Of a stretch of DNA of 64,000 nucleotides, positions 49,162 to 61,795 are shown in pieces. Origin of the DNA: the human T2T-CHM13v2.0 reference genome, Homo sapiens; the NCBI RefSeq assembly GCF_009914755.1, contig NC_060947.1; one strand, 5' to 3'. The notes beneath the pieces are model-generated. The model searched no databases. It was given only the letters and a program-made list of their open reading frames with translations, and was not told the origin of the DNA. Made by a program: the position numbers and the translations under genes. Position 1 is the stretch's first letter. The number at the start of each line of letters is the position of its first letter.

Positions 49162-52100
49162 TGTACATAGTAGGTGTAAATATGTATGGGAAACATGACA
49201 CGTTTTTATGCAGGCATGAAATGTGAAGTAAGTAAATCATGGGTAATGGGGTATTCATCCCCTCAAGCATTTATCCTTTGAGTTACAAACATTCCAATTA
49301 TGCTCTTTAAGTTATTTTAAAATGTGCAATTAAGTTATTATTAACTATAAGCACCCTATTATGGTATCAAATAGTAGGTCTATAAAATAATAGGTATTAT
49401 TCAGGCTAACTAATTTTTGTACCCGTTAACCATGCCCACCTCCCCCTAGAGACCCCAACGACCCTTCTCAGCCTCCAACAGTTTTTAATAATGATTGTAC
49501 TAATTTACATTCCCACCAACAGTGTACAATGGTTCCCTTTTATCCACATCCTCTCCAGCATTTGTTATTGGCTGTCTTTTAAATATAAGCCATTTTAACT
49601 GGGGTAAGATGATATCTCATTGTAGTTTTGATTTGCAATTCTTTGATAATCAATAATGTTGAGCACATTTTCATATGCCTGTGTGCTGTCTTCTTTTGAG
49701 CAATGTCTATTCAAATCGTTGACCATTTTTTGACTGAATTATTAGATACTTTTCTATGGAGTTGTTTGAGCTCCTTATATATTCTGGTTATTAATTGCTT
49801 GTCAAAGGTATAGTTTGCAAATATTTTATCTCATGTTGTGGGTTGTCTCTTCACTTTATTGATCATAGCATTTGCTGTACAGAAGCTTTCTAAATTGATG
49901 TGATTGATTTGTCCATTTTTGTTTTGGTTGCCTGCCCTTGTGGGGTACTGCTTAAGATATCATTGCCCAGGCCAATTTCCTGGATATTTTCCCTAATGTT
50001 TTCTTGTAGTAGATTCATAGTTTGAGGTCTTAGATTGAAGTCTTTAATCCATTTTGATTTAATTTTATATATAGTGATAGATAGGGGCCTAGTTTCATTC
50101 TTCTGTATATGGATATTTAGTTTTTCCAGCACCATTTATTGAAGAGACACTATTTTCCTCAGTGTGTGTTCTTGGCACCTTTGTGGAAAGTGAGTTCACT
50201 GCAAGTGTGTGGATTTGTTTCTGGGTACTCTCTTCTGTTCCATTGGTTTATGTGTCTGTTTTCATGCCAGTACCATGCTGTTGTGGTAACTATACCTCTT
50301 AGTATAATTTCAAGTCAGGTAATGTGATTCATCCAGTTTTGTTCATTTTGCTTAGGATAACTTTGACTATTCTGGGTCTTTTTTTGGTTTCATATTAATT
50401 TGTTTTTTCTATTTCTGTGAATAATGTCATTGATATTTTGATAAGCAGTACATTGAGTCTCTAGATTGCTTTGGGTAGTACGGACATATTAACAATATAA
50501 CTTCTTCCAATGCATGGAAATATTATTTTTCCTTTCTATTTTTTGGGAGACAGGGTCTCACTTTGTTACCTAGGCTGGAGTGCAGGGGTGGGAACATGGC
50601 TCACTGTGAGTGCAGTGGTGGGAACATGGCTCACTGCAGCCTTGACCTTCCAGGCTCAAGTGATCCTCCCACTTCAGTCCCCCATGTAGCTGGGACCACA
50701 GATGTGTGCCACCAGGCCTGGCTAATTTTTGTATTTTTCGTAGAGACGAGGTTTCACCATGTTGCCCAGGCTGTTCTTGAACTCCTGGGCTCAAGCAATC
50801 TGCCCACCTCAGCCTCCCAGAGTGCTGGAATTACAGGCCTGAGCCACCGCAACCGGGCTCCTCTTCAATTTCTTTCATTGGTGTTTTACAGTTTTCATTA
50901 TAGAGATCTTTCACTTCTTAGGTTAATTTCTAGGTATTTAATTTTTAATTTTATGTGTGGCCATTGTAAATGGGATAACTTTTTTTTTCCACACTGTTAA
51001 CTCTAAGCATATAGAAATGCTAGTGATTTTTGTATGTTGATTTTGTATCCTGCAACTTTACTGAATTTATCAGTTCTAATAATTTTCCTGTGGAGTCTTT
51101 AAGCTTTTTCCAAATATGAGATCATATCATCTGCAAACAAGGATAGTTTGACTGCTTCATTTTCAATTAGGATGTCTTTATATCTTTCTTTTCTCTGATT
51201 GCTCTAGCTAGAATTTCAGTACTATGTTGAATAACAGTGGTAACCGTGGGCATATTTGTCATGTTCCAGATCTTAGAGAAAAAGCATGCAGTTTTTCCCC
51301 AATCAGCTGTTATTTTGTTGAGGATTGTTGCATCAATAAGAGATATTGGCCTGCAGTTTTTTATTTACTTTTTTTTTGGTGTGTTTTTGTCTAGTTTTGG
51401 TATCAGCATAATACTGACCTTTCAGAATCAGTTTGGAAGCACTCTCTTCTCCTCTATTTTGCTGAGTAGTTTGAGTAGGATTAATATTAATTCTTCAAGT
51501 GTTTGGTAAAATTCAGCAGTGAAGCCATTAAGTGTTAGTCTTTTCTTTATGGGAGACTTTTTATTACGGCTTCAGTCTCGTTACTTGTTATTGGTCTGTC
51601 CAGGATTTGGATTTCTTCCTGGTTCAACCTTGCTAGGTGATCTATGTCTCGAAATCTGTCTATTTCTTCTAGGTTTTCCAAGTGATTGACATGGCTGCTC
51701 ATATTAGCCACTAATGATCTTTTGAATTTCCGCAGTATTAGGTGTAATGTCTCCTTTTTCACTTTTCATTTTGTTTACTTGGATCTTCTCTCTTTTTTCT
51801 TACTTACTCTGGCTGAAGTTTAGTCAATTTTACTTAACTTGTCAAAAAAAATTTGTTTCGTTGACCTTTTGTATTTTTTTTCATTTCAATTTCACTTATT
51901 TCTGCGCTGATCTTTATTACTTCTTTTCTTCAACTATTTTTTGGGTTTGATCTTGCTTTTCTAGTTCTTTAGATTGCATCATTAAATTGTTCATTTGACA
52001 TTTTTCCTCCTTTTTGATGTAGGCACTTATAGCTACAAACTTCTTAATACTGCTTTTTGCTGTATCCCATAGGTTTTGATATGTTGTGTTTTTTATTATC

Positions 52101-52927
52101 ATTGGTTTCAAGACACTTTTCAATTTTCTTCTAATTTCTTCATTGACCCGCTAGTCATTCAGGAGCATGTGTTTAATTTCTATGCATTTGTATAGTTTCC
52201 AAAATTCCTCTTGTTATTAATTTCTAGTTTTATTGCATTGTGGTCAGAGAAGATGCCTGATATTATTTCATTTTTTTGAATTGTTTTAAGACTTGTTTTT
52301 TGACCTAACAGATGTTTTATTATTGAGGATGATTGATATGTTGAGAAAAAATGTGTCATGTATTCTATAGCTGTTGGATGAAATATTCTATAATTATCTA
52401 TTAGATTCTCTTTGTCTAGAATGCAGATTAGGTCTGATGTTTCTTTGTTGATTTTCTGCCAGGAAGAGTTATCCAATGCTGAAGGTGGGGTGTTGAAGCC
52501 TCCAGTTATTATTGTACTGGGGCCTCTCTCTCTTTACCTCTAATAATATTTCCTTTATATGTCTGGGTACTCCAATGTTGGGTGCATATATATTTAAAAT
52601 TGTTGTATCCTCTTGCTGAATTGACCCCTTTATTATTCATATCTGGGTCAGACCTGAAGCCAGCACAGCACTGGGTCTTCACCAAAGCCTGCTGTAACCA
52701 CTGCCTAGCTACCGCCTATGTTCAAGACCCTGGTTTTCTATGATCAGCCATTGGCTAAGTTAGCATGTCCTGTGTCCTTCCCTTCAGGGCGGTAAGGTTT
52801 CCCAGGCCCTGCGTGGGTTCAAAAGTACAATCCTGAAGTCAGGGACTAGAGTCAAAAACCTTAGAGGTCTACCTGGTGTTCCATTGTATTGGCTCAGCTG
52901 GCACTCAAACCACAAGACCCATTCCTT
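49162..52927 (-). mobile_element. Antisense L1MA2/3-like LINE with several internal deletions; its tail continues at 46452-46475
   Basis: Reverse complement of L1MA 3' UTR (ggggtattcatcccctcaagcatttatcc), ORF2 remnants (SDHNAIKLEINNKRNF), 5' UTR piece at 52640-52927. Confidence 0.82.
50535..50858 (-). mobile_element. AluJ with an internal 30-bp duplication
   Basis: gagacagggtctcact..gaactcctgggctcaagcaatc; unit repeated at 50578 and 50608. Confidence 0.88.
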
Positions 52928-55900
52928 AAAGAGTGTGGAACTTTTTCCTTTTATTTTGTATACTAGCTCCATCACAGAAGAATAGGGCATGAGTCAGAGT
53001 CTTGAGGCCTTGTTCCAGGCCCTACCACCCAGATGACATTTTTAGACATACCCTGGGTCAAAAGGGAACTCATTGTTTTGAAGGAAAGGACCCAGTTTTT
53101 CAACATTTATTATTTGCTAACTGAAGAATCTTTGGGTGCTGAATAACCAGCAGTGATACACAGGTACTACATAGAGAACTTTGGGTCAGCCTTTGAGACT
53201 CTGTGGCTTCAGATGAGAATCAACATTATAAGCTGTGGTGGCTATGGGGAAAAAAATCTTTCTGCTTTGGAAAACCAGAGGGAAGAGCAAAGGGGACTTT
53301 GTCTTGCACCTTAGGTCCAGCAAGGCCACAGGGGAGTAGAGCACCATGCAGGCTCTTGAGGTCCCCGAATCCATGACTCGACTTTTGAATGGCATTACTG
53401 GACTTGTCTGGGTCAGAGGGGATCCCACTTCCCTGAAGGGTTAGTCCCAGGCCAGGCAACATTCACTGAAAGATGACTGAAAAGACCTTGGGTCATAAGG
53501 AAACATCAGAGCTAGGTTGGTAGCACTCCTCATGGCTTGGGTTGGTGGTGGCTATGGGGTGAGAATCCTCTGCTTTTAGAAAGAAGAAGAAAGAGTGAGA
53601 AGGACTGCATCTTGTGGTTTCAGTTCCAGTTCAGCCACAGTACAATAGAACACCAGGTAGACTTTTAAGTTTTTTGACTCTAGCCTCTGTCACCTAGAGA
53701 GCACCTCTGCACCCACACAGGGTCTGGGGAACCTTGCCACCCTGAAGGGAAGAACACAGGCCTGGATGGCTTTGAAACTGGCTGATTCTAGAGCCCTAGG
53801 GGCTTATGCAATAACAGGGAGTGGTTAGAGAAGGCATTGGGTACGCTTGAGGTATTGTGCTGGCTTGAGGTCTGACATAGCAGAGTCATAGTGCTGGTAG
53901 CCACGGTGATGCTTACGTCGCTCCACTCCAAGCTTTATGTGATTAGTACAGAGTGAGAAACTCTGCATGTTTAGAAGAATGTAACGGAAGAGAACAAGAG
54001 TCTCTGCCTGGTAAACCAGAAAATTCTTCTGGATCTTGTCTGAGACCATCAATGTGGTACATCTAAGAATCTACAGAACCACAGTATTACTGGGCTTGGG
54101 GTACCCCCTAAGGTAGATACAACTTAGACCACAACACCCAAATCTTTTCAATTATCTGGAAAGTCTTCCCAAGGACAGTTATGAATAAGCCCAGAGAGTG
54201 AAGACTACAATAAATACCTAATTCTTCAATGCCCAGACACTAAGAATATCTACTAACATCAACACTATCCAAGTAAACATTACCTCACCAAATGAACTAA
54301 ATAAGGTGCCAGGGACCAATCTTGGAGAAGCAGAGATATGTGACATTTCAGACAGAGAGTTCAAAATAGCTGTGTTGAGGAAACAAAGACATTCAGATAA
54401 CACAGAGAAGAAATTCAGAATTCTATTTGATAAATTTAATGAGAAGATTAAAATAATTATAAAGAATCAAGCAGAAATTTTGGAGCTGAAAGATGCAAAT
54501 TTCATATAGAAGAATGCATCAGAGTCCTTTAATAGCAGAACTGATCAATCAGAATACATAGTGTACTTGAAGACAGGCTATTTGAAAATACACAGTCAGA
54601 GGACACAAAAGAAAAAAGGATAAAAAACATTAAACCATGCCTACAGGTACTAGAAAATAACTTCAAAAGGGCAAAAATAGGAGTTATTTGCCTTAAAGAG
54701 GAAGTAGAGAAAAAGATGGAGTAGAAATTTTATTCAGAAAAATAATAACAAAGGAATTTCCAAACCTAGAGAAAGATACCAATATCCAAGTACAAGAAAG
54801 ATATAGAACACCAAGCAGATTTAACCCAAAGAAGACTACCTCGAAGTCTTTAATAATCTAACTCCCTGAAGTCAAGGATAAAGAAAGGATCCTAAAAGTA
54901 GCAATATAGAAAAAAAAAAACAAATAACATACAATGGAGCTCCAATACACCAATACACTTGGCAGCAGACTTTTCAGTGGAAACCTTATAGGACAAAAGA
55001 GAGTGCCATGACATTTTTAAAGTGCTGAAGAAAAAAAAAACTTTTACACTAGAATAATAAAAGCAGGGGGACAAATTTAAGATGTTATCTTGTTGTTTGT
55101 TGGTATATACTATTAAGTTGTTAACAGGTTAAAATAATGAGTTGCGAAATGGTATTTGCAAGCCTCCTGGTAACCTCAGTCCAAAAAACATGAAATGGAT
55201 ACACAGACAATAAAAAGCAAAAAACTAAATTACATTGCCAGAGAAAATCAACTTCACTAGAGAAAGATAGAGAGGAAAAAAAAAAAGGAAAGACAATAAA
55301 ACAACAAGAAAGCAAATAACAAAATGACAGGAGTAAGTCCTTGCTTTTCGATAATAACGTTGAATGTAAATGGATTAACCCTCCAATCAAAAAACATAGA
55401 GTGGCTAAGTGGATGAAAAAAGAAGATTGATTGATTTGTTGCCCACAAGAAACACACTCCACCTATAAAGATACATATATGGACTGAAAATAAAGAAATA
55501 GAAAAATACACTCCTTGCCAATGGAAAACAAAAATGAGCAGCAATCACTATACATACATCAGAGAAAATAATTTTCAAAACCAAAACTATAAAGAGATAA
55601 ATAAGGTCACTATAAAATGTCGAAGGGGTCAATTCAGCAAGATAATATAACAATTTTAAATATATATGCAAACAACACTGAAGAACTCAGATATATAAAA
55701 CAAATATAAAAGCTAAAGAGACAGGTTGCAAATACAAAAATATCTGGAGACTTCAACACCTTACTTTTAGCATTGGATGGATCTTCCAGACAGAAAATCA
55801 ACACAGAAATATCAGACTTAATCTGTATTATAGACAAAGTGGATCTAATAGATATTCACAGAATATTTCACCCAATGACTGCAGAGTACATTCTTTTTCT

Positions 55901-58900
55901 CAGCATATGAATTATTCTCAGAAATAGACCATGTTAGCTCACAAACCAAGTCTTAATCCATTAGAAAGTACTGAAATAATGCCAAGCAGCCTGTCTGACC
56001 ACAATAGAATAAAACTAGAAATTAATAACAAGAGGAATTTTGAAACTATACAAATACATATAAATTAAACAACATGCTCCTGAATGACTAGTGGGTCAAG
56101 GAAGAAATGAAAACAAAAATTGAAAAATTTATTGAAACAAATGGTGATATAAACACAACATAACTAAACCTATGGGATACAGGAAAAGCAGTATTAAGCA
56201 GCAAGTTTATAGCTAAAAATGCCTACATCAGAAAGAGGAATAATATCAATCAAACAATCTAATTATGAAACTTAAGAAACTAGAAAAGCAACAGCAAACC
56301 AAACTCAAAACAATTAATAGTAGAAGAAAAGAAATAATAAAGACTAGAGCAGAAATAAATAAAATAGAAATGAAAGAAAACAATACAAAAGATTGATAAC
56401 AGAAAAAGTTGATTTTCTGAAAACTTAAACAAAACTAGTAAACCTTTAACCAGAAAAAAAAAAACTAAGAAAGAAGAAACATAAATGGAATCAAAATTGA
56501 AAAAGAAGACATTAAAACTGATACTGCAGAAATTCAAAGGATCATTAGTGGCTACTATGAGCAACTATATGCCAATAAAATAGAAAATCTAGAAGAAATT
56601 AACAAATTCCCAGAAACTAAACAACCTTCCAAGACTGAGCCAGAAAGAAATAAAAAACCTGAACAGACCAATCACAATCAATGGGTTCAAAGTCATAAAA
56701 AACAGCCTTCCAGTAAAGTAAGGCCTGAGACCTGATGGCTTTAGTGCTGAAATCTGCCAAACATTTAAGGAAGAATTAATACCTTCCTGCTCAAATTATT
56801 CTGAAAAAGAGAGGAGGAAGGAATACTTCCAAACTTGTTCTACAAGGCCAGTATTATCCTGATATGAAAACCAAACAAAGACAGATTAAAAAAAAAAGAC
56901 AAACTGCAGGCCAATATCTCTGATGAATATTGGTAAAAAACATCCTCAGCAAAAACAAAAAATAAAATACAACAATACATTAGAAAGATCATTCATCACG
57001 ACCAAGTGAAGTTTATCCTTGGACTACAAGAGTGGTTCAACATATGCAAATCAATTAATGTGCTACATTATATCAACAGAATGAAGGATAAAAAGCATAT
57101 GATAATTTTAATTAATGCTTAAAAATCATTTGCTAAAATGTAACATTTCTCCATAAAAAAAATCCTCTCAAAAAACTGGGAATAGAAGAAACATACTTCA
57201 ACATAATAAAAGTCATATACAACAAACCTACAGCTAGTATCATAATGAATGGGGGAAAACTGAAAGACTTTTCTCTGTGATCTGGAACATGACAAGAATG
57301 CCCAATGTCACCACTGCTATTCAACATAGTATGGTAAGTCCCAGGTAGAGAAATCAGACAAGAGAAAGAAATAAAGAGTAAGCAAATTGGAAGGAAAGAA
57401 ATCAGATTATCATTTTTTGCAGATGATAGAATCTTATATTTGGGAAAACCTAGAGACACCAGAAAAGAACTATGAGAACTGATACACAAACTCAGTAAAG
57501 TTGCAGGATACAAAAATTAACAAATAAAAATCACTAACATTTCTATATGTGTACAGTGAACAATGTGAAAAATAAAAAAGTAATCCCATTTATCATAGCC
57601 AAAAATAAATACATAAGTATTACCTTAACCAAAGAAATGGAAGATCTCTCTAATAAAAACTATAAAACATTGATGAAGGAAATTGAAATGGATATCAAAC
57701 AAATTTTAAAAATCATGTTCATGTAGTGGAAGAATCAATATTGTAAAAGGCCCATACTAGTCAAAGCAATCTACAGATTCAATGCAATCCCTATCAACAT
57801 ACTAATTATATTATTCACAAAACTAGAAAAAAACTATCCTAAAATTTGTATGGAATCACAAAAGACCCAGAATAGCCAGAGCTACCTTTAGTAAAAAGAA
57901 CGAAACTTTAGGATTCACATTACCTAACTTTAAATCATACTTCAGAGCTTTAGTAACCAAAACAGCATGGTACTGGCATAAAAAAAGATTCATAGACCAA
58001 TGGAACAGAGTAGAGAACCCAGTAACAATTCCACGTACTTATAGCAAACTCATTTTCGACAAAGATGCCAAAAATTTACATTAGGAAAAAGACAGTGTCT
58101 TCAATAAATGGTCCTGGGAAAACTGAACATCCATATGCAGAAGTATTAAACTAGACACCTGTCTTTTGCCATATCAAAAAAATGGATTAAGACTTAAATC
58201 TAAGACCTCAAACTATGAATCTTCTATAAGAAAACATTGGGGGAAATTTCCAGGACATTGAACTGTGCAAAAATCTCTTGAGAACTACCCAGGAAGCACA
58301 GGCAACCAAAGCAAAATTAGAAAAATGAGATCACGTTGAGTTAGAAAGCTTCTGCACAGCAAAGGGTACAATCAACAAAGCAAAGAGACAACCCACAGAA
58401 TGGGAAAAAATATTTTCAAACTATCCACCTGGCAAGGCATTAATAACTGGAATGTAGAATAAGCTAAAAAAATTCAATAGGAAATAATCAAATAATATGA
58501 TCAAAAATTGGCACAAAATTTGAATACACATTTCTCAAAAAAAGATACACAAATGGCAGTCAGGCATATAAAAAGGTGCTCAACATTATGGATCACCAGA
58601 GTAATGGAAATGAAAATAACAATGAAGTCGCATCTCACCAAAAGACAGGCAATAACAATTGCTGACAAGGATGTGGAGAAAAGGGAACGCTTGTACACTG
58701 TTTTTGGGAATGTAAATTAGTACATCCAGTATGAACAACAATTTGGAAGTTCCTGAAAACACTAAAAATTGAGCTGCCATATCATCCAGTAATCCCACTG
58801 CTGGGCATATACCCCAAAGGAAATCAGTATATCAAAGAGATTCCTGCACTCCTAAGTTTGTTACAGCACTGTTTACAATATCTAAGATTTAGAAGCAACC

Positions 58901-58924
58901 AAAGTGTTCATCAACAGATGAACG

Positions 58925-59605
58925 TGTGTAGTTAGATAGACTTGAGCAGGGCAGGAGAGGGCTCACCCCCCACCCTCTAGGAATGTCAGGTGATGGTTCA
59001 GCAATTATCACACTTCCTCTCTAAAAATGATAATTCAGCAGCTGGTCCCAGGGTGCCAGAGAGAGACAATCTCCTGATGATTCACAGCTATTAACATCAA
59101 GGTGTTAATTGAATGCAGATTCCAGGGAGAAGCAACTTCCTGAGCATGCACACTAAGAGACAAAATGGTGAAGTATGACCTTCCAGGAACTCACCTTCAG
59201 AAAAATTAAAAAAGTCTCACATGGGCATGCATACAACTTCCTAAACACACTGCACTCAGTACCCAAGGGTAAGGAGGGCACTGTGCATTCAGGAAGCCCA
59301 CCCTAAGGGAAGAACCATGGGAAAGAGGAGAGCCTATAAAGCCCTAGGATCAAGGTTAAATGCTCCTTTTGACCTTCAGGCATCTTCTTGGGTCCCTTCC
59401 AAGTGAACTTTCCTTTCTTTCCTGTTCTAAAGCCTTTTGAAATAAACATCTACTTCTGCTCTGAAACTTGCCTCAGTCCTTTTTCTACTTTATGCCCCTC
59501 AGTCAATTTTTTTTTTCTGAGGAGGCAAGAATTGAAATTACTGCAGAACTGAACATATATGGCACTGGTAACTCAGGGAAACTTGGGTACCTGCCACTGG
59601 TAACG
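58925..59605 (+). mobile_element. ERV1 solo LTR (MER50-like) inserted in the L1MA 3' region
   Basis: gtagttagatagac..gagcagggcaggagagggc..aggaatgtcaggtgatgg; AATAAA ~59440; ends ggtaac; L1 catcaacagatgaa|..gataaagaa resumes after it. Confidence 0.72.
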
Positions 59606-59624
59606 AATTGATAAAGAAATTGTG

Positions 59625-59934
59625 GGCCAGGCACAGTGGCTCATGCCTGTAATCCCAGCACTTTGTGAGGCTGAGGTGGGTGGATCACGAGGTCAGGATT
59701 TGAAGACCAGCCTGACCAATATGGTGAAACGCCATCTCTACCAAAAATACAAAAATTAGCCAGGCGTGGTGGTGCGCACCTGTAGTCCCAGCTACTCAGG
59801 AGGCTGAGGCAGGAGAATCACTTGAACCCGAGAGGTAGAAGTTGCAGTGAGCTGAGATTACACCAATGCACTCCAGCCCAGGCGACAGAGCAAGACTCTG
59901 TCTCAAAAAAAAAAAAAAAAAAAAAGAAAGAAAA
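59625..59934 (+). mobile_element. AluS (Sg-like)
   Basis: Full dimer; TSD aaagaaattgtg at 59613-59624 and 59935-59946. Confidence 0.9.
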
Positions 59935-60409
59935 AAAGAAATTGTGGTACATACACAATGGAGTACTAGTCAGCCATAAAAAAGAATGAGATTCTGTCAT
60001 TTGCAACAACATGAATGGAATTGGAGATCATTATGTTAAGTGAAATAAGCCAGGCACAGAAAAACAAACATTACATGTTCTCACTTATTTGTGGGATCTA
60101 AAAATCTAAATAATTGAACTCATGGACATAGAGAGTAGAAGGATAGTTACAAGTGACTGGGAAGTATAATGAGGGGTTGGAGGGGTGGTTGAGATGGTTA
60201 ATGGTACTATAAAAATAGAATAAATAAGACCTATTTGATAGCAAAACAGGGTAACTATAGTCAATAATAAATTAATTGTACATTTGAAAATAACTTAACA
60301 TGATAATTGGATTTCTTGTTCTGAAATGCCTTTGTAAGTGTAGGGTCTCATGTACCACATAAATATATGCATCTACTATGGACCCACAAAATTTTTTTTA
60401 AAAAATCTC

Positions 60410-60588
60410 TAAGCTAACCTTTTACTCAGTGTGTCACCTTCTGAGCACACTGGCACACTGGATTAAAGATTGGGTTCCAAAGGCCATGGGAAGCCCAACT
60501 TCCATAGTTTTGTTTAGTCTAGCCCATGTGGCTGTGCTCGTGGGTTGTAGCACAATGCTTTTGTTTTTTTCAAAGCTAAGATGCACAC
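60410..60588 (-). mobile_element. Continuation of the MST internal region
   Basis: tttactcagtgtgtcacc..gcacactgg..ccaaaggccatgggaagc matches MaLR-int sequence that follows aaagctccaaa. Confidence 0.6.
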
Positions 60589-61053
60589 TGTCAGGCCTCT
60601 GAGCCCAAGCTAAGCCATCATATCCCCTGTGACCTGCACGTACACATGCAGATGGCCGGTTCCTGCCTTAACTGATGACATTCCACCACAAAAGAAATGA
60701 AAATGGTCTGTTCCTGCCTTAACTGATGACATTCCACCACAAAAGAAATGAAAATGGTCTGTTCCTGCCTTAACTGATGACATTATCTTGTGAAATTCCT
60801 TCTCTTGGCTCATCCTGGCTCAAAAGCTCCACTACTGAGCATCTTGTGACCCCCACTCCTGCCCACCAGAAAACAACCACCCTTTGACTGTAATTTTCCT
60901 TTACCTACCCAAATCTTATAAAACGGCCCCACGCCTATCTCCCTTCGCTGACTTTCTTTTCAGACTCAGCCCACCTGCACCCAGGTGAAATAAACAGCCT
61001 TACTGCTCACACAAAGCCTGTTTGGTGGTCTCTTCACACGGATGCGCATGAAA
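60589..61053 (+). mobile_element. HERVH 5' LTR (LTR7, LTR7up-like)
   Basis: Starts tgtcaggcctctgagcccaagctaagccatc; TATAAAA at 60917-60923; AATAAA at 60989-60994; ends gcgcatgaaa. Confidence 0.95.
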
Positions 61054-61055
61054 TT

Positions 61056-61073
61056 TGGTGCCGTGACTTGGAT
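61056..61073 (+). promoter_or_regulatory. HERVH primer-binding site (tRNA-His)
   Basis: tggtgccgtgacttggat; one mismatch to TGGTGCCGTGACTCGGAT. Confidence 0.9.
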
Positions 61074-61606
61074 CAGGGGACCTCCCTTGGGAGATCAATC
61101 CCCTGTCCTCCTGCTCTTTGCTCCAGGAAAAAGATCCACCTACAACCTGGGGACCTCAGACCCACCAGCCCAAGGAACATCTCACCAATTTTAAATCAGG
61201 TAAGTGGCCTCTTCTTACCCTCTTCTCCAACCTCTCTCACTATCCCTCAACCACTTTCTCCTTTCAATCTTGGTGCCACCCTTCAATCTCTCCCTTCTTT
61301 TAATTTCAATTCCTTTCATTTTCTGGTAGAGACAAAGGAGACACGTTTTATCTGTGGACCCAAAACTCCGGCACCGGTCACGGACTTGGGAAGACAGCCT
61401 TCCCTTGGTGTTTAATCATTGCAGGGACGCCTCTCTGATTATTCACCCACGTTTCAGAGGTGTCTGACCACACAGGGATGCCTGCCTTGGTCCTTCACCC
61501 TTAGCTGCAAGTCCCACTTTTCTGGGGGAGGGGCAAGAACCGTAACCCCTTCTCTCCCTGTCTCTACCCCTTCTCTGCTTTTCTGGGAGGCAAGAACCCC
61601 CCAATC

Positions 61607-61795
61607 CCTTATTTCTGTGCCCCGACCTCTTATCTCTGCACCCCGATCCCTTATTTCTGTGCCCCGATCTCTTATCTCTGTGCCCCGATCCCTTATTTCC
61701 ACGCCCTGACCTCTTATCTCTGTGCCCTGATCCCTTATTTCCATGCCCCGACCTCTTATCTCTGCACTTCAACCCCTTATTTCCATGCCCCAACC
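61607..61795 (+). repeat. 21-bp x9 tandem array in the HERVH leader
   Basis: Alternating ccttattt.. and tcttatct.. units. Confidence 0.93.
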
